DNA of 64,000 bases from Minisyncoccota bacterium (GTDB lineage: Bacteria; Patescibacteriota; Minisyncoccia; Phycocordibacterales; UBA1550). The stretch covers positions 4,422 through 68,421 of the forward strand of contig JALNYL010000005.1 of assembly GCA_023229865.1 (NCBI GenBank). The letters run 5' to 3'. The notes beneath the pieces were generated by a model. The model did no database searches. It was not told the DNA's origin and saw only the letters and a program-made list of their open reading frames with translations. How positions within the stretch are numbered: position 1 is the stretch's first letter; every line of letters begins with the position of its first letter. Of the stretch, positions 1-9,417 are shown piece by piece. The position numbers and the translations under genes were made by a program.

Positions 1-2
1 GG

Positions 3-77
3 GTACCCATTGCATATCCACACGATATTGATAGGGCTGAGGAAATTTTGAGAGGATTGCCACGTGCAGGGAAATAA
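3..77 (+). CDS. 3' end of a gene entering the window; possibly a sugar-phosphate nucleotidyltransferase-like protein
   Basis: Open frame VPIAYPHDIDRAEEILRGLPRAGK* ends at TAA 75-77, 4 nt before the murC ATG; loosely resembles the C-terminal W-x-x-I-x-x-P-x-D motif of NTP transferases. Confidence 0.3.
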   Translation, partial: VPIAYPHDIDRAEEILRGLPRAGK

Positions 78-81
78 CGGG

Positions 82-1386
82 ATGAATGAAGAATTTTTAA
101 AAAATATTAAAGCCGCACATTTTGTCGGCATTGGGGGGATTGGCGTCTCGGCTGTGGCGCGTCTTATGCTTGCGCGCGGAGTGGTGGTGTCGGGTTCGGA
201 TCGTGGTGGCTCGCTCATTACAGAAAAGCTCGCGGCTCAAGGTGCTAAAGTTTTTGTGGGACACGAAGCGGCGCACGTGCCTCTCGTGTGCGATCTCGTA
301 GTGTATTCACCTGCGATCCCAAAAGATAATCCAGAGCTCGTGGTTGCGCGTGAGAAGGGGATACAAACTCTCTCGTATCCCGAGGCTCTCGGTATGATTT
401 CGCGCGGTATGCGCACTATTGCGGTCTCTGGCACGCACGGCAAGACGACAACCACAGGAATGCTTGCGGAGGTTTTTGTCGGTGCACACAAGGAGCCGAC
501 GGTCATCGTGGGGAGCCTCCTCAAGTCGGGCACCAATTTTATTGCGGGCACAAGCGACATTTTTATTGTGGAGGCATGTGAATATCAGCGCTCATTTTTA
601 AATCTTTCACCCGAAGTTTTGGTGATTACGAATATTGATAATGATCACCTCGATTACTACGGGACATTTGAGGGGATACAAAAAGCGTTTGCAGAGATGG
701 TAGAAAAAGTACCCGCACATGGAGCTATTGTGTGTGACCCTAATGACCCACGTGTCGCCCCCGTACTTCTCAAGGTAGTTGCTCGTGTTGTTGATTATAC
801 AAAAGAGAATCTCGGTGTAACACTCGCTGTTTCAGGGGAGCACAACATTAAAAATGCGAAAGCGGCACTTGCTGTCGCGCGATTCTTTGGGATTGATGAA
901 AAGGACGCGTCGGGACTCTTGGCGCAGTTTCAGGGTACGTGGCGTCGTATGGAGCACAAAGGAGACACGGAGAAGGGCGTGCCTGTTTATGATGACTATG
1001 CGCATCATCCGACGGAGATACAGGCGACCCTTCAGGGATTCCGTGCGAAGTTCCCTGACTCACGCATCCGCGTTGTTTTCCAACCACATCTCTACTCACG
1101 CACGAAACTTCTTCTTGATGATTTCGCAAAAAGTTTTAATGACGCAAATGAAGTAATCGTCGCGCCCATTTACGCTGCCCGTGAGGCAAATGATACTACG
1201 ATTAGTTCAGAGATTCTCGCGCAACGCATTATTGATGAGCAAAAGGTCGCCGGTCTTCGCGTCTGGGCGATGCTTGATTTTGAGACTATTGAAAAATATC
1301 TTCGTGAGACGGAAATGCCCAATGATGTCGTGGTCACGATGGGGGCGGGAGATATCTATAAAGTAGGGGAGAATATATTAGGCTAA
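82..1386 (+). CDS. murC: UDP-N-acetylmuramate--L-alanine ligase
   Basis: HFVGIGGIGVS, GTHGKTTT, EACE, DHLD, DDYAHHPTE, FQPH and MGAGDI motifs; start placed at ATG 82. Confidence 0.95.
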   Translation: MNEEFLKNIKAAHFVGIGGIGVSAVARLMLARGVVVSGSDRGGSLITEKLAAQGAKVFVGHEAAHVPLVCDLVVYSPAIPKDNPELVVAREKGIQTLSYPEALGMISRGMRTIAVSGTHGKTTTTGMLAEVFVGAHKEPTVIVGSLLKSGTNFIAGTSDIFIVEACEYQRSFLNLSPEVLVITNIDNDHLDYYGTFEGIQKAFAEMVEKVPAHGAIVCDPNDPRVAPVLLKVVARVVDYTKENLGVTLAVSGEHNIKNAKAALAVARFFGIDEKDASGLLAQFQGTWRRMEHKGDTEKGVPVYDDYAHHPTEIQATLQGFRAKFPDSRIRVVFQPHLYSRTKLLLDDFAKSFNDANEVIVAPIYAAREANDTTISSEILAQRIIDEQKVAGLRVWAMLDFETIEKYLRETEMPNDVVVTMGAGDIYKVGENILG

Positions 1387-1481
1387 CTGTTGGTCCCGTG
1401 CTATACTTTGTTTTTAGAAGTCTCTGACACCGATGCCCGCAACGGCCGGTGATTTTTTGTACAAATTGAAAGGAGGGAGAA

Positions 1482-1835
1482 ATGAAAAGCTCTCAAGAAC
1501 GAAATGTTGTCTTGGATTGGGATGAAGCACTTTTCCGAAAGTGTCATTCTGTTGAAGCGGAAATTCATTATAAAAATGCAGCCTACCAGGGGGTGGTTGC
1601 TTCGATCCGAAAATCTGCTTGTGCGGACAACGTCCTTGCGGTAAGACTTGTGTCGGTTGTCCAAACTCATGAGCTGCCTCTCAAAGATGAGGCAGTAGAA
1701 GATCGTGACTTCACACTGACAGAATGTTATCGTCCCCTTAGTCTTGTCGACGCTGAATATGATTGTTTGCATATCAACTGCAAGGAGGGCAGTGCGGACA
1801 TCTATTTCAAGCGACCCAAGAAGATATCTGAGTAA
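1482..1835 (+). CDS. Hypothetical protein (orphan, 117 aa)
   Basis: TGCTATACT promoter-like box near 1399, strong SD (AAGGAGGG) before ATG, and a downstream terminator. Confidence 0.7.
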   Translation: MKSSQERNVVLDWDEALFRKCHSVEAEIHYKNAAYQGVVASIRKSACADNVLAVRLVSVVQTHELPLKDEAVEDRDFTLTECYRPLSLVDAEYDCLHINCKEGSADIYFKRPKKISE

Positions 1836-1839
1836 TTTG

Positions 1840-1870
1840 CCGGGCATACCAAGTGCCCGGTTTTCTTTTT
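1840..1870 (+). terminator. Intrinsic terminator
   Basis: CCGGGCA/TGCCCGG stem followed by a T-rich run. Confidence 0.7.
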
Positions 1871-1903
1871 GCGACAGGTCTACAATTCTGCTAGTATGTC
1901 GAA

Positions 1904-2590
1904 ATGGCAACACTCTACATTATTGGCACCCCCATCGGGAATCTCGAGGATATCACCTTGCGCGCACTTCGTGTGCTTAAGGAAGTTGATTTGGTTTTGT
2001 GTGAGGATACGCGCGTGACGAAGCGCCTCCTTTCGAAATATGAGATTGATACACCGACGATGAGCTATCATGCTCAGTCGAAACTTGCGAAGGTTGATAA
2101 GATTTTGGAGCTCCTCACTGAGGGGAAAAACATCGCGCTCGTATCAGATGCGGGGACTCCGTGCATTTCAGATCCAGGAGTACTCCTTGTCTCGCAGGTG
2201 CGTGAAAAGTTTGGCGACGATGTTTCAATCGTGCCTATCCCCGGACCATCAGCGCTCATTACTGCACTTTCAGCGGCAGGGATCTCCGTGGCCGAGTTTA
2301 CGTTTCTTGGGTTCCTTCCACACAAGAAGGGGAGAGAGACGCTCTTTAAGGAAATCGCCGAATCAACGCGTGTGATGGCTTTTTATGAATCAACGCACCG
2401 CATCGAAAAGGCGCTCGAGTCACTTGAGAAATTTTGTGGGGCTGACCGTCACGTGATTGTCGCACGCGAGCTGACAAAAATTTATGAGGAGTTTGTACGA
2501 GGGACTGTCGCTGAGGTGCGTGCGCATTATGCCAAAAACCCCGACCGAGTGCGCGGGGAGTTTGTGGTGATAGTCCAGGGTAGAATATAG
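1904..2590 (+). CDS. rsmI: 16S rRNA (cytidine1402-2'-O)-methyltransferase
   Basis: LYIIGTPIGNLEDIT, EDTR, VSDAGTPCISDPG, RELTKIYEE, RGEFV motifs. Confidence 0.95.
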   Translation: MATLYIIGTPIGNLEDITLRALRVLKEVDLVLCEDTRVTKRLLSKYEIDTPTMSYHAQSKLAKVDKILELLTEGKNIALVSDAGTPCISDPGVLLVSQVREKFGDDVSIVPIPGPSALITALSAAGISVAEFTFLGFLPHKKGRETLFKEIAESTRVMAFYESTHRIEKALESLEKFCGADRHVIVARELTKIYEEFVRGTVAEVRAHYAKNPDRVRGEFVVIVQGRI

Positions 2591-2636
2591 AAAATTGAGC
2601 CCCGATTCGCCAAAGGCGAATCGGGGCTCAATTTTC
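2590..2636. repeat. Perfect 22-bp-arm hairpin (terminator or REP-like); core shared with 35687-35725
   Basis: GAAAATTGAGCCCCGATTCGCC-AAA-GGCGAATCGGGGCTCAATTTTC. Confidence 0.85.
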
Positions 2637-2667
2637 AACATTTGTTTTTTCGTGTATACTGTCGCAT

Positions 2668-2904
2668 ATGACAAAGCATACCGTTATTACTATTCTCAGT
2701 GTCGCTATCGTTGTGGTAGCTCTTGGTGGTTTCCCTGCATGGGCGCGCACCTCACTCATTGTGCTTGGGGGTGTGACGATCGCGGTCCTCTCATATCTTT
2801 CATCGGTAGTTTATTGCAGTAACTGCAAGAAGCTTATCGAAGATGCTGAGCAGGCGCTTCCATCTGCTTCAGAAGAATCAATAACGCCTCCTCGGGTACA
2901 ATAA
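2668..2904 (+). CDS. Small membrane protein (2 TM, CxxC)
   Basis: Two hydrophobic segments and CSNC; TATACT 7 nt before ATG; 2 nt from the next gene. Confidence 0.75.
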   Translation: MTKHTVITILSVAIVVVALGGFPAWARTSLIVLGGVTIAVLSYLSSVVYCSNCKKLIEDAEQALPSASEESITPPRVQ

Positions 2905-2906
2905 CA

Positions 2907-4166
2907 ATGCGAACAATACGCAAGAACAAACATTTTTTTATGGCGGGAGTGCTCGGAGTTGCAGCATTCTCCGTCTTCTATTTTTTTATACCAACGTTTT
3001 TTTCTGTTGGGTACAGTGTTGATGACCCTAAGGATGACAACAAAACCGCCTCATCTTCTGTAAAAGGTGATGCAAAGCCTGTTTCAAAAGAGCCCGAATT
3101 TGTTGTTACACACGTGAAGGTTCCCGAAGCGGTGAAGTCTATTTACATGACTGCTTGTGTGGCGTCGATGCCATCATTCCGCGACAAACTTGTGAAGATT
3201 GCCGACACGACCGAAGTAAACAGTATTATTATTGATGTGAAGGATTTTAGTGGGACGATCGCTTTTGTTGCAACAGACCCACTTACAAAAGATACCGTAG
3301 GCACAGGCTGTCGTGTAAAAGATTTGCGTGAGTTTATCGCAACGCTCCACGAGAAGGGGATTTATGTCATCGCGCGTATTACTGTTTTCCAGGACCCTTA
3401 CTACACGAAGGCACATCCAGAACTCGCGGTGCATAAAAAAAGTGATGGTACTGTTTGGAAAGATCGAAAGGGACTCTCGTTTGTTGATGTGAGCGCAAAA
3501 CCATTTTGGGATTACATCGTAGCTATTGGTAAAGAATCATATGCGCTCGGCTTTGATGAGCTCAACTTTGACTACATGCGTTTCCCTTCAGACGGCGACA
3601 TGAAGAACATTGAGTACTCATGGGGAAAGGGGATGGCAAAGGCTGAGGCCCTCGAGCATTTCTTTGCGTACCTCCACAATGCACTCAAAGACACGGGCGC
3701 AAAACTCTCTGTTGATTTGTTTGGCATGACCGCGACAAACACCGATGATTTGAATATTGGGCAGGTACTCGAGCGTGCGCTCCCATATTTTGATTACATT
3801 GCACCAATGGTGTACCCATCACATTACCCAACGGGATTTAATGGTTACAAGAATCCCAATGATCACGCGTACGATATTGTGCAGTTCTCAATGAAGAGAG
3901 CAGGGGATCGCGCTGAGGCAACAACGACAACCGTAGAACATTTTGGCGGGGTGCGCGTGGGGACATCTACGCCCGCGGTATACACAAAAGAAGTATACAG
4001 TCGCAACAAGCTTCGCCCATGGCTTCAAGACTTTGATTATGGCGGAGATTACGACGCAGCAAAAGTGCGCGCACAGATTCAAGCGACGTACGATGCAGAT
4101 ATGAATTCGTGGTTCCTCTGGGATCCAAAGAACTTGTACACAAAGGAGGCGCTTAAGGCGCAGTAG
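2907..4166 (+). CDS. Membrane-anchored putative glycoside hydrolase (DUF4015-like)
   Basis: N-terminal TM; IDVKD, IARITVFQD, GFDELNFDYMRFP, PMVYPSHY, RPWLQDF motifs. Confidence 0.8.
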   Translation: MRTIRKNKHFFMAGVLGVAAFSVFYFFIPTFFSVGYSVDDPKDDNKTASSSVKGDAKPVSKEPEFVVTHVKVPEAVKSIYMTACVASMPSFRDKLVKIADTTEVNSIIIDVKDFSGTIAFVATDPLTKDTVGTGCRVKDLREFIATLHEKGIYVIARITVFQDPYYTKAHPELAVHKKSDGTVWKDRKGLSFVDVSAKPFWDYIVAIGKESYALGFDELNFDYMRFPSDGDMKNIEYSWGKGMAKAEALEHFFAYLHNALKDTGAKLSVDLFGMTATNTDDLNIGQVLERALPYFDYIAPMVYPSHYPTGFNGYKNPNDHAYDIVQFSMKRAGDRAEATTTTVEHFGGVRVGTSTPAVYTKEVYSRNKLRPWLQDFDYGGDYDAAKVRAQIQATYDADMNSWFLWDPKNLYTKEALKAQ

Positions 4167-4187
4167 GGAGGCGGTATAACAGTCTGC

Positions 4188-4237
4188 AAAACAGGGGGCG
4201 CGGAGGGCAAAGCCCTCTGCGCCCCCTGTTTTTTTTG
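4188..4237. terminator. Long GC-rich hairpin / terminator
   Basis: 21-bp arms (one G-U pair), AAA loop, T-run. Confidence 0.8.
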
Positions 4238-4262
4238 TGCGCTGCCTAGTATACTAATAGCA

Positions 4263-6224
4263 ATGTATCTCTACGATAAAAATCGCATCACGTATTTTGC
4301 GGAAACAGATCGTCGCAATAAGCGCGTACCTTTTGGTATTAAAGCAGATGACCGCACGCGTCACATGTACATCATCGGTAAGACGGGTATGGGTAAGTCG
4401 ACCCTTATTGAAAACATGGTGGTGCAGGATATCCAAAACGGGGAGGGTTTTGCATTCATTGATCCGCACGGTAAGTCTGCGGCGCTTCTCCTTGACTACA
4501 TTCCACCAGAGCGTTTGAAGGATGTGATTTATTTCGCGCCATTCGATGTGGAGAATCCTATCTCATTCAACGTGATGGAAGATGTTGGTGCGGATAAGCG
4601 TCACTTGGTTGCCAACGGTCTCATGAGTGCCTTCAAAAAGATTTGGGGACCAGAGACATGGTCGGCACGTATGGAGTACATCCTTATGAACGCGCTCCTC
4701 GCGCTCCTTGAATACCCTGAGTCAACACTCCTTGGTATCAGCCGTATGCTCACCGATAAAGACTATCGAAAGAAAGTTGTCGACAATGTAAAGGATCCAT
4801 CGGTAAAGGCTTATTGGATTGATGAGTTTGCAAAATACAGCGAGAACTATGCAAAGGAAGCGGTTCCAGGTATTCAAAATAAGCTCGGACAGTTTACATC
4901 GAACCCACTCATTCGTAACATCATCGGACAACCGAAGTCATCTTTTGATTTGCGCAAGATGATGGACGAGCGCAAGATTCTCATCGTGAACCTTTCAAAG
5001 GGGCAACTCGGAGAGGGTAACGCAAACCTTCTCGGAGGTATGATCATCACCAAGATTTATCTCGCCGCGATGTCACGCGCGGATTTGACGGAAGGGGAAC
5101 TCAAAAAACTTCCAAACTTTTACATGTATGTGGATGAGTTTCAATCATTTGCAAACGAATCGTTCGCTGACATTCTCTCAGAGGCACGTAAGTACAAACT
5201 CGCGCTTGTGGTCGCGCATCAGTACATCAAGCAGATGGATGAAAAAGTTGCCGATGCGGTTTTTGGTAACGTAGGTACACAAATAATGTTCCGTGTAGGC
5301 GCCCCCGATGCGGAGGTTCTCGAAAAAGAGTACGCCCCAGTCTTCGTCGCTGAAGATATGGTGAGTCTCGGCTTTACGCAGATTTATTTGAAGCTCATGA
5401 TTGATGGTGTTGCGTCACACCCATTTTCTGCGGTAACCCTTGGACCTATTGCCCCTCCTGCAAAATCACTTCGCGAAGAGGTGCTCCGTCTTTCTCGTGA
5501 ACAATATGGTCGTCCCCGCGCGGAAGTTGAAAAAGCAATTGCTGCTTGGTATGGAAGTGCTAGTGCTGTTCCGCCACCTCCTCCATCAATGGAAAAGGAC
5601 ACTCCCCGAGAAGGGACTGCTCCTCGTGCTGATTTTCCTCCTCGCCCTCCGCGCCAGGAAGCACCTTCAGCACCAAGACGCGACGGAAATGCGATGTTTG
5701 CACGCCCTGTACGTGCTGAAAAGCCCCCTGTAAAGCACGAAGAAGCCCCCCGTGCCCCAAAGCTCGAAAAGCCTTTTGCGAACGCGTTTAAGGAGATTTT
5801 GGCGGTTGAGCCAGTTAAGAAGGAAACCCCTGAGGCTATTAGTTTGGCGGACATCCCTCAGAAGCGAGAAGCGCGTACTGTTCCATCGCAACCAAAAGGG
5901 AAGGGCCCTTCAAATGAGGGGTTGAGTAGTCTTAAGGCGGCCCTCGCTGGCGTTCTTGCGGAGACCCCCGCAAAGGCGGAAGAAAAGAAGATTCCTGCTC
6001 CTCGGCCACAACCACAAGAGGTGCCTAAACCAGAATACAAACCTGCAGAACCAAAACCTCAGACACCAGCACCTGCTCCTCAGCAGAATATTTCTGTCGC
6101 GGCTGAAACGACTCCATCTCCCGCAGCATCGGCTCCTCTCCGTGAGCGAGACATTCCAGAAACTCCAAAGCCAAAAGAAGTTCCTGAAGATGTTCTTGCG
6201 GCACTTCTCCGCGACGATGACTAG
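4263..6224 (+). CDS. VirD4/TraG/TrwB-like (HerA/FtsK superfamily) ATPase with a long Pro/Ala/Lys/Glu-rich tail
   Basis: Walker A GKTGMGKS, IDPHG, Walker B YVDEFQ, EARKY..HQ; low-complexity C-terminal ~220 aa. Confidence 0.85.
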   Translation: MYLYDKNRITYFAETDRRNKRVPFGIKADDRTRHMYIIGKTGMGKSTLIENMVVQDIQNGEGFAFIDPHGKSAALLLDYIPPERLKDVIYFAPFDVENPISFNVMEDVGADKRHLVANGLMSAFKKIWGPETWSARMEYILMNALLALLEYPESTLLGISRMLTDKDYRKKVVDNVKDPSVKAYWIDEFAKYSENYAKEAVPGIQNKLGQFTSNPLIRNIIGQPKSSFDLRKMMDERKILIVNLSKGQLGEGNANLLGGMIITKIYLAAMSRADLTEGELKKLPNFYMYVDEFQSFANESFADILSEARKYKLALVVAHQYIKQMDEKVADAVFGNVGTQIMFRVGAPDAEVLEKEYAPVFVAEDMVSLGFTQIYLKLMIDGVASHPFSAVTLGPIAPPAKSLREEVLRLSREQYGRPRAEVEKAIAAWYGSASAVPPPPPSMEKDTPREGTAPRADFPPRPPRQEAPSAPRRDGNAMFARPVRAEKPPVKHEEAPRAPKLEKPFANAFKEILAVEPVKKETPEAISLADIPQKREARTVPSQPKGKGPSNEGLSSLKAALAGVLAETPAKAEEKKIPAPRPQPQEVPKPEYKPAEPKPQTPAPAPQQNISVAAETTPSPAASAPLRERDIPETPKPKEVPEDVLAALLRDDD

Positions 6225-6226
6225 GC

Positions 6227-6385
6227 TAACACCCCTCCCCAATAACTCTTGCACAAAGAATTCAAAAATTTTATGCGAGACGATGAAAAAAACGAGAGGA
6301 ATATCGAGATACTTCGAACGTTTTTTTCGAAGTCGTAGCAAAAATTTTCGGATTATCGTGGATAGGTTATTGGGGAGGGGTGTTA
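6227..6385. mobile_element. 159-bp MITE-like palindromic element
   Basis: Perfect 20-bp terminal inverted repeats TAACACCCCTCCCCAATAAC (6227-6246) and 6366-6385, with nested internal stems. Confidence 0.7.
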
Positions 6386-7776
6386 AAACAACACTACTCA
6401 TACTGGTGTTGTTTTTTGCACAGACCGCATCTGCGCAGGTTTTTATAAATGAGATTGCATGGATGGGGACGAACGTATCATCCTCGAACGAATGGATAGA
6501 ACTTTCCAATAGTGGCACGGAACAAGTCTCTCTTGAGGGGTGGATTCTTTCGATTGAAGGGAAAAAAGATATCGCACTTGTGGGGAATATTTCTGCGGGC
6601 GGTTTTTATCTTGTTGAGCGCACAGACGATTCTACGGTGCCGACAGTTGCTGCAGATGTTGTTTCGTCGTTTGGCGCGGGGATCAACAACACGGGAGCAA
6701 TTATCTCTCTTAAAAATACAAGCGGAGCAATCGTTGATCGCGTGGATGGTTCACAGGGGTGGCTTATTGGAGGGAACCAAGCGGGGGATAACACCACAAA
6801 AGATACTGCACAAAAAGGATTGAGTGCTTGGATGACCGGCACACCAACTCCGCGCGGTGCAAATGTTGGTGCATCGTCTCAGACACAAACGACGGTGACG
6901 ACACAGGAAACACCACAAGTGGTAGCCGCCTCTCAGTCATCTGCATTTCCTGTTGAGCCGCAAATTTTTACTGATGCGGGACCTGCGGCTCTCATTGTAT
7001 CAACGGGCGCAACCGTGACATTTTTGGGTCGCGTGTGGGGCCTCAAAAAAGAACCGATTGAAAATGCGCGCATGGTGTGGGCGTTTGGTGATGGCGGAGT
7101 GGCGGAGGGCGCTTCTGTCTCACACGTTTTTTATTATCCAGGAGAATACACGGTAGTACTCGACGCTGCGTCAGGATTTTATGCAGCATCTGATCGTATT
7201 CGTGTAACTGCGATAACCCCTAATATTTTACTACGTACAGGAGGCGATAGCACTCGTTCGTTTGTCGCACTCGAAAATAAAGGCAACGATGAACTCGACC
7301 TTTCTCTGTGGCAAATCGAGTCCGCAGGTAAGAAATTTATTATCCCCAAAAATACTTTCGTTGGCGCAAAGAAAATTCTCACCCTCGCGTCTGAAGTTAC
7401 TAACCTTGTGACACCATCGGGGAGTGAAGTGCTCCTTAATTTCCCAAACGGCACGCGTGTCGGCGCTCAAGCGACCGCAGCCGCTCCTGTTCTCGCAACA
7501 AATACTTTCGCGCCAAAAATAAATTCTGTAGTTCCGCAAGCGCGCGAAAAAGTAGAAGGTGTCCACAGCCAGGAGGCCTCGGTAATCGGTGCTCTCTCTG
7601 ATTCGTCAGCACCTGGAAAAGAAGATGGTCTGTGGCTTTGGTATTCGAGCGCAGCGATTCTCGGGGCGCTGGCTCTTTTGGGGTTGCGAGCAGTGCAGGG
7701 GAGTGGAGAAAAAACAACGTTCACCGCTGACGATTTTGAAATCATTGAAGAAACTGATAACACCGAACCGCACTAG
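6283..7776 (+). CDS. Surface protein with lamin-tail and PKD-like domains and a C-terminal TM; start uncertain (ATG 6283, GTG 6358 or TTG 6370)
   Basis: Signal peptide ending AQTASA; INEIAWMG..EWIEL.N lamin-tail motif; WAFGDG..H.FYYPGEY PKD motif. Confidence 0.8.
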   Translation: MKKTRGISRYFERFFRSRSKNFRIIVDRLLGRGVKTTLLILVLFFAQTASAQVFINEIAWMGTNVSSSNEWIELSNSGTEQVSLEGWILSIEGKKDIALVGNISAGGFYLVERTDDSTVPTVAADVVSSFGAGINNTGAIISLKNTSGAIVDRVDGSQGWLIGGNQAGDNTTKDTAQKGLSAWMTGTPTPRGANVGASSQTQTTVTTQETPQVVAASQSSAFPVEPQIFTDAGPAALIVSTGATVTFLGRVWGLKKEPIENARMVWAFGDGGVAEGASVSHVFYYPGEYTVVLDAASGFYAASDRIRVTAITPNILLRTGGDSTRSFVALENKGNDELDLSLWQIESAGKKFIIPKNTFVGAKKILTLASEVTNLVTPSGSEVLLNFPNGTRVGAQATAAAPVLATNTFAPKINSVVPQAREKVEGVHSQEASVIGALSDSSAPGKEDGLWLWYSSAAILGALALLGLRAVQGSGEKTTFTADDFEIIEETDNTEPH

Positions 7777-7838
7777 CATTTTTACACAAAACGTGGCATA
7801 ATCCTCACAGTTCTTTTTAATAACGAAGGGAGGTTGTG

Positions 7839-8465
7839 ATGAATGGAATAGTTCGCGGGACCCCGTTTCGCAATGATTCGGCCGACGAGTATGAGATCGA
7901 TGCAGCCTTCAGGTCTGCTGAACGAATTTGGGAAACTTTGCGAGACCTCAGAGAGGACATGAAGGATGTCCCTCTTTGGTATCGCTGTTGCGATCGTTTT
8001 GTCGAGCTTTATCTCGTCTTGCATCTCCGAAAAAAAATGCAAGGTTTGCTCGCTCTCCTCAAAACGAATCCGTTTACTACGGATCCGGAATTCCCGATTT
8101 TGGTCGGCGAATTTCTCTACAAGGCGGAGCGTTATGATGAGGCTGCGATGTGCTTCGGCAGATCCCTCGAAATCCTCAATGAGCCCAATCAGGATATCCG
8201 TATCCGGGCGCTCGTGGGGAAACTCGAAAGTCTCATTGCATATCAAGAACGTCTCTGGCTGTGTCGTAAGACCGATCCTCAAAAAGGAAAAGCCACAGAG
8301 ATTTTGTACGAGCTCGCGATGGAAGACTTGAAAGAGGTCTCCAAGCCTCTCCGTGGTGTTCTTGATGCTCGCCTCTCTCGGGCTTATTCTGACATGAATA
8401 TTCTCGAGATGAAAATCAAGGTTCGCAAGGAGTCCGAAATGCTCCGCAACATCAAGTTCTCCTAG
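7839..8465 (+). CDS. Hypothetical helical (TPR-like) protein, orphan
   Basis: TGGCATAAT box, SD GGGAGG, TPR-like segment GEFLYKAERYDEAAMCFGRSL, downstream terminator. Confidence 0.65.
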   Translation: MNGIVRGTPFRNDSADEYEIDAAFRSAERIWETLRDLREDMKDVPLWYRCCDRFVELYLVLHLRKKMQGLLALLKTNPFTTDPEFPILVGEFLYKAERYDEAAMCFGRSLEILNEPNQDIRIRALVGKLESLIAYQERLWLCRKTDPQKGKATEILYELAMEDLKEVSKPLRGVLDARLSRAYSDMNILEMKIKVRKESEMLRNIKFS

Positions 8466-8477
8466 AGTTTCACCTTC

Positions 8478-8504
8478 AAGCCGCTGGCACCCCCAGCGGC
8501 TTTT
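8478..8504 (+). terminator. Intrinsic terminator
   Basis: AAGCCGCTGG/CCAGCGGCTT stem and T-run. Confidence 0.75.
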
Positions 8505-8538
8505 ATTTTGTTCTAAGTGGCTGTATACTGTGAAAACT

Positions 8539-9417
8539 ATGAGCGAAACAGCAAAAAAGACTATTCTTGTGACAGGTGGTGCGGGGTTCATTGGGTCGCA
8601 CCTTATTGAAAAACTCGTACAAGATGAAGATAATATTGTTGTTTCTTTGGATAATTATTTTACGGGGTCTAAAGATAATCATATTGCTGGGGCGACATAC
8701 ATAGAAGGACACACAAAAGATATTGCGAAATTAATTGATTTTGCGCCGGACCTTGTTTTTCATCTTGGTGAATATTCTCGTGTGGAACAAAGCTTCGACG
8801 ATTTACAAATAGTTTGGGAGTCGAATAAAAATGGCACATTTGCGGTGCTTGAGTTTTGTCGAAAACACAACACAAAGATTGTTTATGCTGGTTCGAGTAC
8901 AAAGTTTGGTGATGGAGGTCTCGGGAGAGATCAGAGCCCTTACGCGTGGACAAAGGCAACAAACACCGAACTCGTTCGAAATTACGGGACCTGGTTCGGC
9001 ATCAAATATGCAATAACTTATTTTTATAACGTATATGGACCACGTGAAATTTCTACGGGTCCTTACGCAACCCTTATTGCGATTTTTAAAAATAAATTTA
9101 AGAACAATGAACCACTCACTATTGTTGCCCCAGGTACGCAGGTCCGCAACTTTACACACGTTGATGATATTGTGCGTGGGCTTATTTTGATCGGCGAAAA
9201 AGGGGAAGGTGATGACTATGGCCTTGGTGCTGAAGAGGGGTATAGTATTCTTAATATCGCTAAAATATTCGGCGGAGAGGTTGCAATGCTCCCTGAAAGA
9301 AAGGGGAACAGAATGGGGGCGCCTGTTGATTCCGCTCGTCCTAGAAATGAGCTTGGCTGGTGCGCAGAAAAGAGGATTGAGGATCACATCAAAGAATTTG
9401 TTAAAAACAATTCTTAA
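8539..9417 (+). CDS. NAD-dependent sugar epimerase/dehydratase (extended SDR)
   Basis: TGGAGFIGS, YAWTK (YxxxK), FYNVYGP, RNFTHVDD. Confidence 0.9.
   Translation: MSETAKKTILVTGGAGFIGSHLIEKLVQDEDNIVVSLDNYFTGSKDNHIAGATYIEGHTKDIAKLIDFAPDLVFHLGEYSRVEQSFDDLQIVWESNKNGTFAVLEFCRKHNTKIVYAGSSTKFGDGGLGRDQSPYAWTKATNTELVRNYGTWFGIKYAITYFYNVYGPREISTGPYATLIAIFKNKFKNNEPLTIVAPGTQVRNFTHVDDIVRGLILIGEKGEGDDYGLGAEEGYSILNIAKIFGGEVAMLPERKGNRMGAPVDSARPRNELGWCAEKRIEDHIKEFVKNNS

Noticed and set aside
5956-6282. N-terminal part of the 606-aa track ORF
   Set aside because: Alternate frame of the ATPase low-complexity tail; the signal peptide lies downstream
7782-8591. 269-aa minus-strand ORF and similar antisense ORFs (1401-1913, 39829-40329, 52395-53063, 54610-55221)
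   Set aside because: Shadows of + strand genes that have SD/terminator signals or family motifs
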